IMG/VR virus record: IMGVR_UViG_3300042290_000544
Direction: 5' to 3' (one strand)
Length of the DNA stretch: 64,000 nucleotides
DNA from: a virus
The notes below the pieces were generated by a model that did no database searches, was not told where the DNA came from, and was given only the letters and a program-made list of their open reading frames with translations. Within the stretch, counting starts at the first letter, position 1, and the number at the start of each line of letters is the position of its first letter. This document shows, piece by piece, positions 38,952 to 46,953 of the stretch. The position numbers and the translations under genes are program-made.

Positions 38952-39881
38952 TTAGTCTTCCTTTGCTAGCTTGGCAAAGTAACTAAGGGTGTCCCCTGTA
39001 TCTTCTTCATCATCGCTGCCTGCCTCAACAGGCTTAAATGCTTCTCTTGGAGCAGCCGCTTCAACAGTGGCCTTTCGCGGAGCCGGTTGGGATTCGCTCA
39101 ATTCAACCGCTTCCGCAGTTGTAAGGACCTGACCTTCTTCACCGAGAACTTCATACAATTTACGTTTGAGTTCGGCGTATGACTTGTAGTTCTTAGGATC
39201 AACAAAGTCCTTAAGTGCGTGCATTGAGTTGTAGATGGCTTCCAACTTAGCTTCATCTCCACCGAAGAGAGGAGCCGCAGGAGCAAACTCCGATTTGTCG
39301 TAGTTGCGGTAACCCTCAACATTACGAATCTTGAGCTTAAAATCGGCACCCGACCAGAAGTCAAATGGATTCACCGGCTTCTCATCTTGGAAGGCTGGTT
39401 GCATTACATCCAGCATCTTATCGAAGATTTTCTTGCCGAATTTATAGAGGAATACCTTACCTTCGTTGGCTGGATTTGCTGGGTCGGAAATCACGAGGAT
39501 GTTTGAAACATAGTGAAGACGGCGTTTCTGAGTACGAGCGACTTCCTTATCCTTCTCATCACCAGAATTCCAGAGCTTGGAGTTGAGTTCACCAACGGGG
39601 TCTTGCTGACCAATTGAACTGAGAGAGTTCTCGATGTACCAACGTCCGGTTGGACCCTTGAAGCCATGGTCCCAGTAACGGACCCATGGAAGTTCCTCAC
39701 CAGCCTTAGCCGGAAGGAAACGAATAACTGCATAACCGTTACCAGCTTTGTCTACAATAGGAGCCCAGAGGCGGTCGTCCGTGTAGGATTTCTTCTCGCC
39801 GCCACCGGCGACTTTTTGAGCAGCCGCTGTGAGGCTACTGATTGCATTATTGCGATTATTTTTGAGTGCTGCGAATGACAT
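38952..39881 (-). CDS. gp32: single-stranded DNA-binding protein
   Basis: DDRLW...DKAGNGYAVIRFLP, WYIENSL, NEGKVFLYKFGKKIFDK, YRNYDKSEF and acidic tail ending YFAKLA. Confidence 0.97.
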   Translation of the reverse strand: MSFAALKNNRNNAISSLTAAAQKVAGGGEKKSYTDDRLWAPIVDKAGNGYAVIRFLPAKAGEELPWVRYWDHGFKGPTGRWYIENSLSSIGQQDPVGELNSKLWNSGDEKDKEVARTQKRRLHYVSNILVISDPANPANEGKVFLYKFGKKIFDKMLDVMQPAFQDEKPVNPFDFWSGADFKLKIRNVEGYRNYDKSEFAPAAPLFGGDEAKLEAIYNSMHALKDFVDPKNYKSYAELKRKLYEVLGEEGQVLTTAEAVELSESQPAPRKATVEAAAPREAFKPVEAGSDDEEDTGDTLSYFAKLAKED

Positions 39882-39916
39882 AGTATTTTAGTATGGTTGT
39901 ATGATTGACGTATATG

Positions 39917-39945
39917 ATAATATCCTTTATTCCCTATTTGTAAAC
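39917..39945 (-). promoter_or_regulatory. early promoter for gp32
   Basis: GTTTAC (39940-39945)-N17-TATTAT (39917-39922). Confidence 0.7.
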
Positions 39946-40547
39946 CTCAAAAGTACGATTTCTCGTAACTTTTTTATGTCTACCTTCTGTCTTAGGAATG
40001 GCTTGAACTTTAGAACTTTCTTGGAAAACTCGGGCCATAGAATGGTCTCCGTAATCTTCGAGCGTTTCATAAAGCCCACCATAATGTCGAGAACTACCAA
40101 GGTTTCAAGCTCAATAGTTTTGTCCATCACCAGTGTGGCAATTCGTGGATGAGCTCCATTCTCCGACTTGAATAAGTCATCAAATGAAATCCCACTACCC
40201 CTACAGTGCTCCACCAGTCTGTCTACTTGATCGCCAAAGAAATAACTCATTGACTCTATCCGTTTGAGATAGAACTTGTAGTTATCGTCTGCCGATTGTT
40301 CAACTAGATTGCCTGCCCAGCACTTACCCGTATCCAAGGATGCAAAGTTCGCAACCAGGAAGTCAATCAAAATTTGTTTGTCGGGATACTTCTTGGCCAA
40401 TTTAGCAAAGAAGTATTTGTCCTTACGTTGAAAGAACGACTTCTGGGTCGCAGAAGTTTTAAAACTGTATTTGAGTGCGTCATAAGAATCGCTCTCAAAG
40501 TGCAGTTTAACACTAGTATATATCAAATATGAGTCCCAGGGCTGCAT
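39927..40547 (-). CDS. gp59: helicase loader
   Basis: Y..Y..VKLHF...YD..KY, F..RKDKYFF.KL, IELETLVVLD and K.LKFKPF. Confidence 0.9.
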   Translation of the reverse strand: MQPWDSYLIYTSVKLHFESDSYDALKYSFKTSATQKSFFQRKDKYFFAKLAKKYPDKQILIDFLVANFASLDTGKCWAGNLVEQSADDNYKFYLKRIESMSYFFGDQVDRLVEHCRGSGISFDDLFKSENGAHPRIATLVMDKTIELETLVVLDIMVGFMKRSKITETILWPEFSKKVLKFKPFLRQKVDIKKLREIVLLRFTNRE

Positions 40548-41023
40548 TTTAATTTGTCAATTTCCTGTTTAATATGATCCCTTAGCCTGCATTCAAGGTC
40601 AGACGCAAGGTTAATGATTTTGTTATCGATGTAGTGTTTAAGACTGGTCTCATAGGAATTATTACACTCCTTAACATACATCTGTTCCAAAATCGGAACA
40701 TGATTTTCTAGAACGGATTGGGCAATCTTTTCCACATACTTATCTAAGGGGTATATACCCGAAACTGTTCCTCTTGTGGCTTGAACTTGAATATGATCCT
40801 CGCTATAGGTAACACGTTGCGTGGTTGTTGAATTCCACGTGGAGGGAAACGAAAGACTATTAGCTCCAACAGAATATAGCGATGAGGCGCCGTTAGCCCA
40901 ATCATTGGTCATCTGAATCGCCGGCGACTGAACTGCAACGGCTGGAGGCTCTTCCTTTACAGGCTTGGGCTTCGGATATAGCTCCTCAAGTTTTTCAATG
41001 AGACTGTCACTGATTGTATTCAT
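40523..41023 (-). CDS. hypothetical protein
   Basis: 166-aa ORF packed between gp33 and gp59. Confidence 0.65.
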   Translation of the reverse strand: MNTISDSLIEKLEELYPKPKPVKEEPPAVAVQSPAIQMTNDWANGASSLYSVGANSLSFPSTWNSTTTQRVTYSEDHIQVQATRGTVSGIYPLDKYVEKIAQSVLENHVPILEQMYVKECNNSYETSLKHYIDNKIINLASDLECRLRDHIKQEIDKLKCSPGTHI

Positions 41024-41024
41024 A

Positions 41025-41258
41025 TTACATGAAGGAATCTAATGAGTTGCTTTTGGGTAATAGATTGCGTGTCATTGCTTCGGCTTCAATCTTTGATTTA
41101 ATGACGGGAGAGATGAGTTTACCAATGTCCAATGGGTCAATTTGCTTCTCTTCACAATAATGAAGAACTGCTTCCATATAGGTCATCTTTTCATCAATAA
41201 CCAATTTTTCAATGATGGTTGCAAGACTTTGTTTCGTGAGGATATTATCGAGGAGCAT
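41025..41258 (-). CDS. gp33: late transcription coactivator
   Basis: IEKLV....TYMEAVLHYCEE..ID...KLISP.IK.KIEAEA..NLL. Confidence 0.88.
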   Translation of the reverse strand: MLLDNILTKQSLATIIEKLVIDEKMTYMEAVLHYCEEKQIDPLDIGKLISPVIKSKIEAEAMTRNLLPKSNSLDSFM

Positions 41259-41265
41259 GGTGGTA

Positions 41266-41613
41266 TTAACGGTGGAGTTCTACGCGTTGAATACGGTAGT
41301 TAATGACCGTTTCAGGAAGGTTCATGTCCTTTACAATTTTGGCACGTTCGGGAGAATTGTCAGTTTCATAGTAGTACATGATACCATATACAAAATGGCT
41401 GTTCTTGTACTTATTAAAGTTGAGTAACTTTTCAATCTGCGCCTCGAACGGCATATCCGAATAGAATTTTGGTGACGGATTCGTCTCACTCTTGACTTCA
41501 AGAGGATATAATTCATTCAGTTTATCTAAGACGGATTTCTTGCTTCCGATGATGACGGTGCTCATGCGAGCAATCGCCATTACATCTGTTGGTTCTTTTA
41601 CTGGAGTGTCCAT
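41266..41613 (-). CDS. hypothetical protein
   Basis: 115-aa ORF in a co-directional array. Confidence 0.6.
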   Translation of the reverse strand: MDTPVKEPTDVMAIARMSTVIIGSKKSVLDKLNELYPLEVKSETNPSPKFYSDMPFEAQIEKLLNFNKYKNSHFVYGIMYYYETDNSPERAKIVKDMNLPETVINYRIQRVELHR

Positions 41614-41619
41614 AATTTT

Positions 41620-41997
41620 TTAGATTGATACTAACTTGTACTTCTTACCGTCGATCTCAACAACCTTGCCTTCGCAAGATGGTTTGGGTTTAGTGTATTC
41701 GTTGAACTCTTTTTCGGACATTAGTTCACCATTAACCCACCATTCTTTATAACTATTAGCCCATTCAATAGCTGGTCCATCAAGGCGATGACGTTTATCA
41801 TTCACATACCATTCTTTATCACCATCGGCGCATTCGATAGCGGGACCATCTAACCGATGTAATTTATCATTTACCCACCATTCTCTATCGCCGTTAGCGC
41901 CTTCAAAGGCGGGTCCGTCAAGGCGGTGCCGTTCCTCTTTATCGTTGAACCATTGAATGTTTTTACCACAGTCGACCGTTACTTTATATGTTTGCAT
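41620..41997 (-). CDS. HRLDGPA-repeat protein (paralog 1); start revised to 41997
   Basis: Three (L/R)HRLDGPAxE..G..EW repeats; start MQTYKVTVD matches the paralog at 44099. Confidence 0.8.
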   Translation of the reverse strand: MQTYKVTVDCGKNIQWFNDKEERHRLDGPAFEGANGDREWWVNDKLHRLDGPAIECADGDKEWYVNDKRHRLDGPAIEWANSYKEWWVNGELMSEKEFNEYTKPKPSCEGKVVEIDGKKYKLVSI

Positions 41998-42001
41998 AAT
42001 T

Positions 42002-43249
42002 TTAAAGGATTCTGAGGAGCACAATGTCACCATTGATGCGCCCATTTGGTTTTGCAATCTTTGTGGTGAGTTTTTCCCACGCTTTTTCAAGTTGTTTCTC
42101 TGTGCTTCCTACGGCAATAGGAATAAATTCATCGGGCTTGCGGAGACGAATGCAGCGGGAAGACACCTCATCATAGTTCTGGATAGTGGTACCCTTGATA
42201 GTAAACCCAGTGGTTACCGTGCAAACATAGTCAAACAGTACCCGGGTCTTCACATTAAAGGCAAGGAGACGATAGGCTCCGACAATCCGAATAGGATTGA
42301 TGGAGGTAATCTTAAACTCCTCACTGTGCTTGAGGTACTGGAGCTTGGCAATCTGCTTTGTGGCAGCCGTGGGTTTCTTCTCACGTGGAGCCTTTGCCGC
42401 TTTGACACTCGTCTTAAACATCGTTAGATCGTCGACCATCGATGATAGTGCATCAATACGTGCGAGCATCTGCTTCTTGGTATAACAGCTGTAGGCTTCA
42501 GCAAGATACTCGCTGGCACCGGTCTGGGCATCGCTCATTTCCTTAAGTACGTCTTGAAGGTATTCTTCCACAAAGGTACACGCAGCCGCAGGGAGTTCAT
42601 AGTGCTGCATTGATTTGTAGATGGATAAACACTTTACCTCATCACCCGACTTGCACCATTCATCCATAAGCAGCTCAAGGTCCATAATGATGGTCTTGTT
42701 GCACTTTGCCCGAAGACGATCCATGGGAGAAATACCACTTGGTTTTTCGGCTACGATAGTTTGCACGGTATCCTTTTGCTTTGTTTTCTTACCTTCGATG
42801 ATGGCGTTTGCAATGGCTTCTTTTACAAAGATATCGCAGGGTTCAACCTTAGCCGCATCCTCGCGAAGTGTCTTAAGATACTCATTGATACCAGGATGAA
42901 TTGTTGGCATACCTTTATTGAGACACGTGCAAAGTGCACCGGTGGTCATACCAGGAAAGTAGTCGGGTGCAGCTTTTACTGCTGAAATATCTTCCTTGGT
43001 ATAGCCATTGTTACCCATCCATTCCAGAACGGCGGGCTTGGTGTCCTTTGCCGTTAGGTAATAGTTGTAGAAATTAAACAACCGAGAATACTCCTTCCAG
43101 AATTGTTCCACTGGCCAGGTCTCCCAACCATCCCAGATTGGTTCTTCGCCGGTATAACGAGAGTCGACCGCAGCAACGCCATTTCCCGACTTGCGCCCTT
43201 TCTTGCGGTTCTTTGCCGCAGCAGCTTTCAGAATGTGTTCGACAGACAT
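42002..43249 (-). CDS. conserved T4-like hypothetical protein; start revised to 43249
   Basis: FNFYNY, SINP..IVGA..L..FN.KTR, KGTTIQN.D, LRKP and NGRIN..IVLLR; the track start overlaps the upstream gene. Confidence 0.75.
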   Translation of the reverse strand: MSVEHILKAAAAKNRKKGRKSGNGVAAVDSRYTGEEPIWDGWETWPVEQFWKEYSRLFNFYNYYLTAKDTKPAVLEWMGNNGYTKEDISAVKAAPDYFPGMTTGALCTCLNKGMPTIHPGINEYLKTLREDAAKVEPCDIFVKEAIANAIIEGKKTKQKDTVQTIVAEKPSGISPMDRLRAKCNKTIIMDLELLMDEWCKSGDEVKCLSIYKSMQHYELPAAACTFVEEYLQDVLKEMSDAQTGASEYLAEAYSCYTKKQMLARIDALSSMVDDLTMFKTSVKAAKAPREKKPTAATKQIAKLQYLKHSEEFKITSINPIRIVGAYRLLAFNVKTRVLFDYVCTVTTGFTIKGTTIQNYDEVSSRCIRLRKPDEFIPIAVGSTEKQLEKAWEKLTTKIAKPNGRINGDIVLLRIL

Positions 43250-43250
43250 A

Positions 43251-43508
43251 TTAGAGGGTCTCAATAGAGGTAACCGAATCAACTCGGAACGAGCGCCAAC
43301 CATCATTCTCAATGTCGTAGACGCGAACGGCATCTTCCGACAGATTTAGCTTCTTCTCACCCTTGGGCCAATGGTCCTCTGGAATAAAACGAGCATCCAG
43401 AGTTCCGCGGAGTGCCCGAGCCGTACCATCAACCTTAGTAAAGTTGATCAGCACCAGCTTATTATTTTGCAGCGTATCCTTGATTTCAGCGTATGTGTAT
43501 TTTTTCAT
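43251..43508 (-). CDS. WYL_2 / Sm-like SH3 beta-barrel protein
   Basis: FTKVDGT.R.LRGTL...VYDIE..GWRSFR.DSV. Confidence 0.8.
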   Translation of the reverse strand: MKKYTYAEIKDTLQNNKLVLINFTKVDGTARALRGTLDARFIPEDHWPKGEKKLNLSEDAVRVYDIENDGWRSFRVDSVTSIETL

Positions 43509-43517
43509 TATGTAGAT

Positions 43518-43547
43518 ATATTAAAGTGAAGTCGGTCGAATGTAAAC
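43518..43547 (-). promoter_or_regulatory. early promoter
   Basis: GTTTACA-N17-TAATAT, 9 nt before the ATG at 43508. Confidence 0.7.
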
Positions 43548-43551
43548 AACA

Positions 43552-43677
43552 AAAGCATCGTTTCAAAGGAGCCTACTCAAAGAAGATTCTTTATAAAAGA
43601 TAAACCACCATAAGTGGTCGTAATTGATCGATGATCTACTTCTGAGTGAAAGTAAGCTCTTTTGAAACGATGCTTTC
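43552..43677 (-). ncRNA. candidate structured small RNA (long rod hairpin)
   Basis: 26-bp inverted repeat (43552-43577 and 43651-43676) enclosing further stems; late-promoter variant 6 nt upstream; U-run at the 3' end. Confidence 0.55.
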
Positions 43678-43683
43678 AGAGGT

Positions 43684-43692
43684 TATTTATTA
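43684..43692 (-). promoter_or_regulatory. late promoter variant TAATAAATA
   Basis: Same variant as at 1549; points into the hairpin, not into a gene start. Confidence 0.55.
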
Positions 43693-43715
43693 CTTTAGGT
43701 TTTTGTAATCTGATA

Positions 43716-44099
43716 TTAGGCCATTACTAGCCGATATTTCACACCATCTACCTCAACAAACTTACCTTCACAAGATGATTTTGGCTTGGGTTTAGTGTAT
43801 TCGTTGAACTCTTTTTCGGTCATTTTTTTATCATCCACCCACCACGCTTTATAACCATTGGCACATTCAATAGCTGGTCCATCAAGGCGATGGAGTTTAC
43901 CATCAATATACCATGATTTAGAGCCATCGGCACATTCAACAGCAGGACCATCAAGGCGATGACGTTCGCCATCAACATACCATTCTTTAGAGCCATTAGG
44001 CCATTCAAAAGCTGGACCATCAAGGCGATGAAGTTCCTCTTTATCGTTATACCAACGAATGTTTTTATTTTCGTCAACAGTTACTTTATAAGTTTGCAT
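43716..44099 (-). CDS. HRLDGPA-repeat protein (paralog 2)
   Basis: Three HRLDGPA repeats; C-terminal SCEGK.VE.DG.KY.LV shared with paralog 1. Confidence 0.82.
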   Translation of the reverse strand: MQTYKVTVDENKNIRWYNDKEELHRLDGPAFEWPNGSKEWYVDGERHRLDGPAVECADGSKSWYIDGKLHRLDGPAIECANGYKAWWVDDKKMTEKEFNEYTKPKPKSSCEGKFVEVDGVKYRLVMA

Positions 44100-44107
44100 T
44101 TTATAGA

Positions 44108-44545
44108 TTATTTAAGGTTTTTGTAGACCTTGGCCCAATAGGCTTCCAGATTCTTTTGCTTGGTGTCCGAAATCGGAGCCGCCACACGGCGCCAAGAACT
44201 ACCGCCACCGTTCCAAATAAAACCAAGCTCTTTTTCGGTTGCTTTACGGTTCATGGTTTTTTCAATGTGTTTTGAGTAGAAATTCAGAACGCCTCTGGCG
44301 ACCTCCCGAGAGGTAATTTCGTCGAACATGTCAGCATGTCTGTAATTCTTACCGGTGATACGGTTAAAGTCCTTGACCATCACATCATGAATCTGAAGGA
44401 TTCCAAAGGCCTTACCGCGGTCACCGATGGCAGCGGCATTGCCGTTACTTTCGGTACGAACGAGGGCTTCCACCAAGCGGTCGATATTTTGACCCGAAAC
44501 AGTCGCGGTAAGAGCAAGAATTGCCAAGATGTGTTTGACTTTCAT
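44108..44545 (-). CDS. secreted lysozyme-superfamily muramidase / transglycosylase
   Basis: Signal peptide, ES catalytic motif (TESNGN), GD.G.AFG.LQI and WNGG. Confidence 0.75.
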   Translation of the reverse strand: MKVKHILAILALTATVSGQNIDRLVEALVRTESNGNAAAIGDRGKAFGILQIHDVMVKDFNRITGKNYRHADMFDEITSREVARGVLNFYSKHIEKTMNRKATEKELGFIWNGGGSSWRRVAAPISDTKQKNLEAYWAKVYKNLK

Positions 44546-44554
44546 TATGATACA

Positions 44555-44610
44555 ATCATAAACAAAACCACGCGGAAGTAAATCAAATAGATTGTCCTAA
44601 GCGATTGATT
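44555..44610 (-). promoter_or_regulatory. early promoter cassette with IHF-consensus site
   Basis: AATCAATCGCTTA (44598-44610), then ATTTAC-N17-TATGAT, 9 nt to ATG. Confidence 0.75.
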
Positions 44611-44627
44611 AGCAACAACCGTTGTTT

Positions 44628-44840
44628 TTAGTTACGATCAAAGCCGGTGAAAGCCTGAACCATAGGGTTCCAACACACATCCATCTTCATCTGAGCAAAT
44701 TCTAATTGAAAGGTCACCGTCCAAGTATTGAATCTTGGGTTGCTGAGTTTGCCTTTTCGAATGACTGTGGCCTTGACGTCGTCACCCATAGAGTAAACAG
44801 TAATTATGTCGCCGACATTTGGATTTGGTACGTTATTCAT
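44628..44840 (-). CDS. hypothetical early protein
   Basis: 70 aa with its own early promoter. Confidence 0.7.
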   Translation of the reverse strand: MNNVPNPNVGDIITVYSMGDDVKATVIRKGKLSNPRFNTWTVTFQLEFAQMKMDVCWNPMVQAFTGFDRN

Positions 44841-44849
44841 TATGATACA

Positions 44850-44905
44850 ATCCTACAACATTCCAGCTAAAAGTAAATCAAATAGAATGACCTAAGTGAT
44901 TACCA
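44850..44905 (-). promoter_or_regulatory. early promoter cassette
   Basis: ATTTAC (44873-44878)-N17-TAGGAT (44850-44855); 34 bp identical to the cassette at 59572. Confidence 0.78.
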
Positions 44906-44913
44906 ATCAACAA

Positions 44914-46953
44914 TCATTTAGAATTTGCACGGAAAACACCATCCCAGAGCGGTCCAGGATCGGCTTTTTCGAGGTCATCTATACGTTCTATCATCATGTC
45001 GTAGTAATCACTTAGAAAAGTCATATGTGATTTTAGATCAACGGCTAATGCACGTGCCTTGGTCCATTCTCTGGCACGGTAGAAATCGAGAAATTTGTCG
45101 TGGGAATCTGAATAGACGCGCGTACCCTTATCAAATACGGTATAAATCTTCACGCCTTCCTTCTTACCCTTTACCGCGATGCAATCAAGTTCCAGCGTGG
45201 GATACACGTCCTTCACATATTCTCGGGTGATGGGACCAATTACAAATTTCACGCCGTACGGTTTCGACTGACCTTCCAGGCGAGAGGCAAGATTCACCGA
45301 ATCTCCGAGGCAGGTATAGTCGAAGCGTTGAGTCGAGCCCATATTACCCACAACAACGGTACCAGTATTCACGCCAAGACCCATTCCGAATGCCGGGATA
45401 CCTTCCTTCATTACCTCATCGTTGAATGCCTTGAGACTTCCCAGCATTGTAAGACCCGTTTCAACTGCGTGTAAAGCATGGTCCTTATCATCAAGTGGTG
45501 CGTTCCAGAAAGCCATCTGAGCATCACCAATGTACTTATCCAGGGTCCCTTGGCTATCCAGAATGGCCTGTGTCATTGCCGTCATATACCGATTCATAAT
45601 CTTCGTGAGACCCTGAACGTCTTTTCCGTAGTGTTCGGAGATTGCGGTAAAGCCACGAACATCGGTAAACATAATGGATAGTTCTCTTGACTCACCACCC
45701 AGTTGTAGAAGGTCGGGATTCTTTTGCAGTTTCTCAACCATGGCCGGAGATAGGTACGTGCCAAACTGTTTCTTGATCTGCTGTTTTAATTTAAACTCCA
45801 TGACGAACCGCATGAAGAGTGAACCTGCCCATACAAGGGATGACGTACCCACAATCCAGGTATAGTCGGCAAGGAGTCCTTTATCGAATAAATGAAAGCC
45901 GTAATACACTGGAAGGCATACGGCAATAAGATAGATGCCAAGATTCAAGGCATAGCCCAAAAAGGAGATTGCTCCGATTAGAATAAGTGCTGCGCCTACG
46001 CCGATTGCAATTTCATATAGATCAAATTCTGCGCGGCGTTCAAGTCGGTTACCATCAAGAAGCATCTGAAGAGTCTGAAGGCTGAGTTCGTGTCCGTACG
46101 CCGTACCCAATGGAGTCGCAACGGTATTTGCAAGCCCCTCGGCCGTAAGGGCGATCACTACAATCTTGTCCTTCACGTGCCATTCATCATCGGTGTATGG
46201 AACTGATTTAAAGGTATATTTAAAATTGATCCAGACCCGACCATTGCCATCGGTCTTAATTGGAGAGGTACCCGGAACTCGAATGGCAGACACACCCGAT
46301 TCTGTAACCTTGACCTGGAAGCTGGGTTGATCGCCAAAGACGCGGAGAATTTCCAGTGGCATTGTGGGATACTTTTCCTTTTCAATCTGAATCATGAGCG
46401 GTAATCTACGCACCACACCATCAAGCTCCGGAGCCGTCAGCAACATACCCACGCCCGCGGAAGCCTCACCGATTTCCTTTAAAGGTCCGATCGCCGCTGG
46501 GTAATCAAATAGCCAGTCATCCGTGGTGCCGCCGATTGTTGCAACGCCTCTTGGAATTGGAACGCCCTTACCCTTTAATGAAGCTGATTGGCCTGTAATG
46601 ACGGGCGACTGACTCAGCATCTCAACGAATTCTTTATCTCCACCCAAACGGTCGGGCTCAGCAAAAATGATGGGTAACACAACACCGGTGGCGCCTGACT
46701 CCATGGCTTTTCTGATTGCGCCTGCCAGTTCGGTACGCTTCCATGGCCACTGTCCGTTCTTTTCCAGCGCCTTTTCATCAATTTCCACGATTACAATGTT
46801 ATCCGATACCACCTTGTCCTGCTCTCGTTGATAGTAATCCAGACCCTTGAGACGCATTACCTCAATGGGATATGGGTTGGTAATACGGAGACCCACAGCA
46901 ACCGTGAGAAGCATAAGACCAACAAGAAGGATTCTGAATGTGTGTTTGTTCAT
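44914..46953 (-). CDS. CHASE2-domain class III adenylyl cyclase
   Basis: N-terminal TM, CHASE2 motifs (IVEIDEKAL...GQWPW.R, IFAEPDR, DGVVRR.P), three TMs, and cyclase motifs FTDVRGFT, DKYIGDA, FDYT..GDSVNLASRLEG, VKGK. Confidence 0.93.
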   Translation of the reverse strand: MNKHTFRILLVGLMLLTVAVGLRITNPYPIEVMRLKGLDYYQREQDKVVSDNIVIVEIDEKALEKNGQWPWKRTELAGAIRKAMESGATGVVLPIIFAEPDRLGGDKEFVEMLSQSPVITGQSASLKGKGVPIPRGVATIGGTTDDWLFDYPAAIGPLKEIGEASAGVGMLLTAPELDGVVRRLPLMIQIEKEKYPTMPLEILRVFGDQPSFQVKVTESGVSAIRVPGTSPIKTDGNGRVWINFKYTFKSVPYTDDEWHVKDKIVVIALTAEGLANTVATPLGTAYGHELSLQTLQMLLDGNRLERRAEFDLYEIAIGVGAALILIGAISFLGYALNLGIYLIAVCLPVYYGFHLFDKGLLADYTWIVGTSSLVWAGSLFMRFVMEFKLKQQIKKQFGTYLSPAMVEKLQKNPDLLQLGGESRELSIMFTDVRGFTAISEHYGKDVQGLTKIMNRYMTAMTQAILDSQGTLDKYIGDAQMAFWNAPLDDKDHALHAVETGLTMLGSLKAFNDEVMKEGIPAFGMGLGVNTGTVVVGNMGSTQRFDYTCLGDSVNLASRLEGQSKPYGVKFVIGPITREYVKDVYPTLELDCIAVKGKKEGVKIYTVFDKGTRVYSDSHDKFLDFYRAREWTKARALAVDLKSHMTFLSDYYDMMIERIDDLEKADPGPLWDGVFRANSK

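Noticed and set aside
41620-44099. Diversity-generating retroelement TR/VR pair
   Set aside because: Both copies are intact genes, differences are not adenine-specific, and no reverse transcriptase is in the window.
44914-46953. Pycsar/CBASS-type defence cyclase
   Set aside because: The architecture is a membrane CHASE2 sensor cyclase with ATP-specifying residues and no adjacent effector gene.
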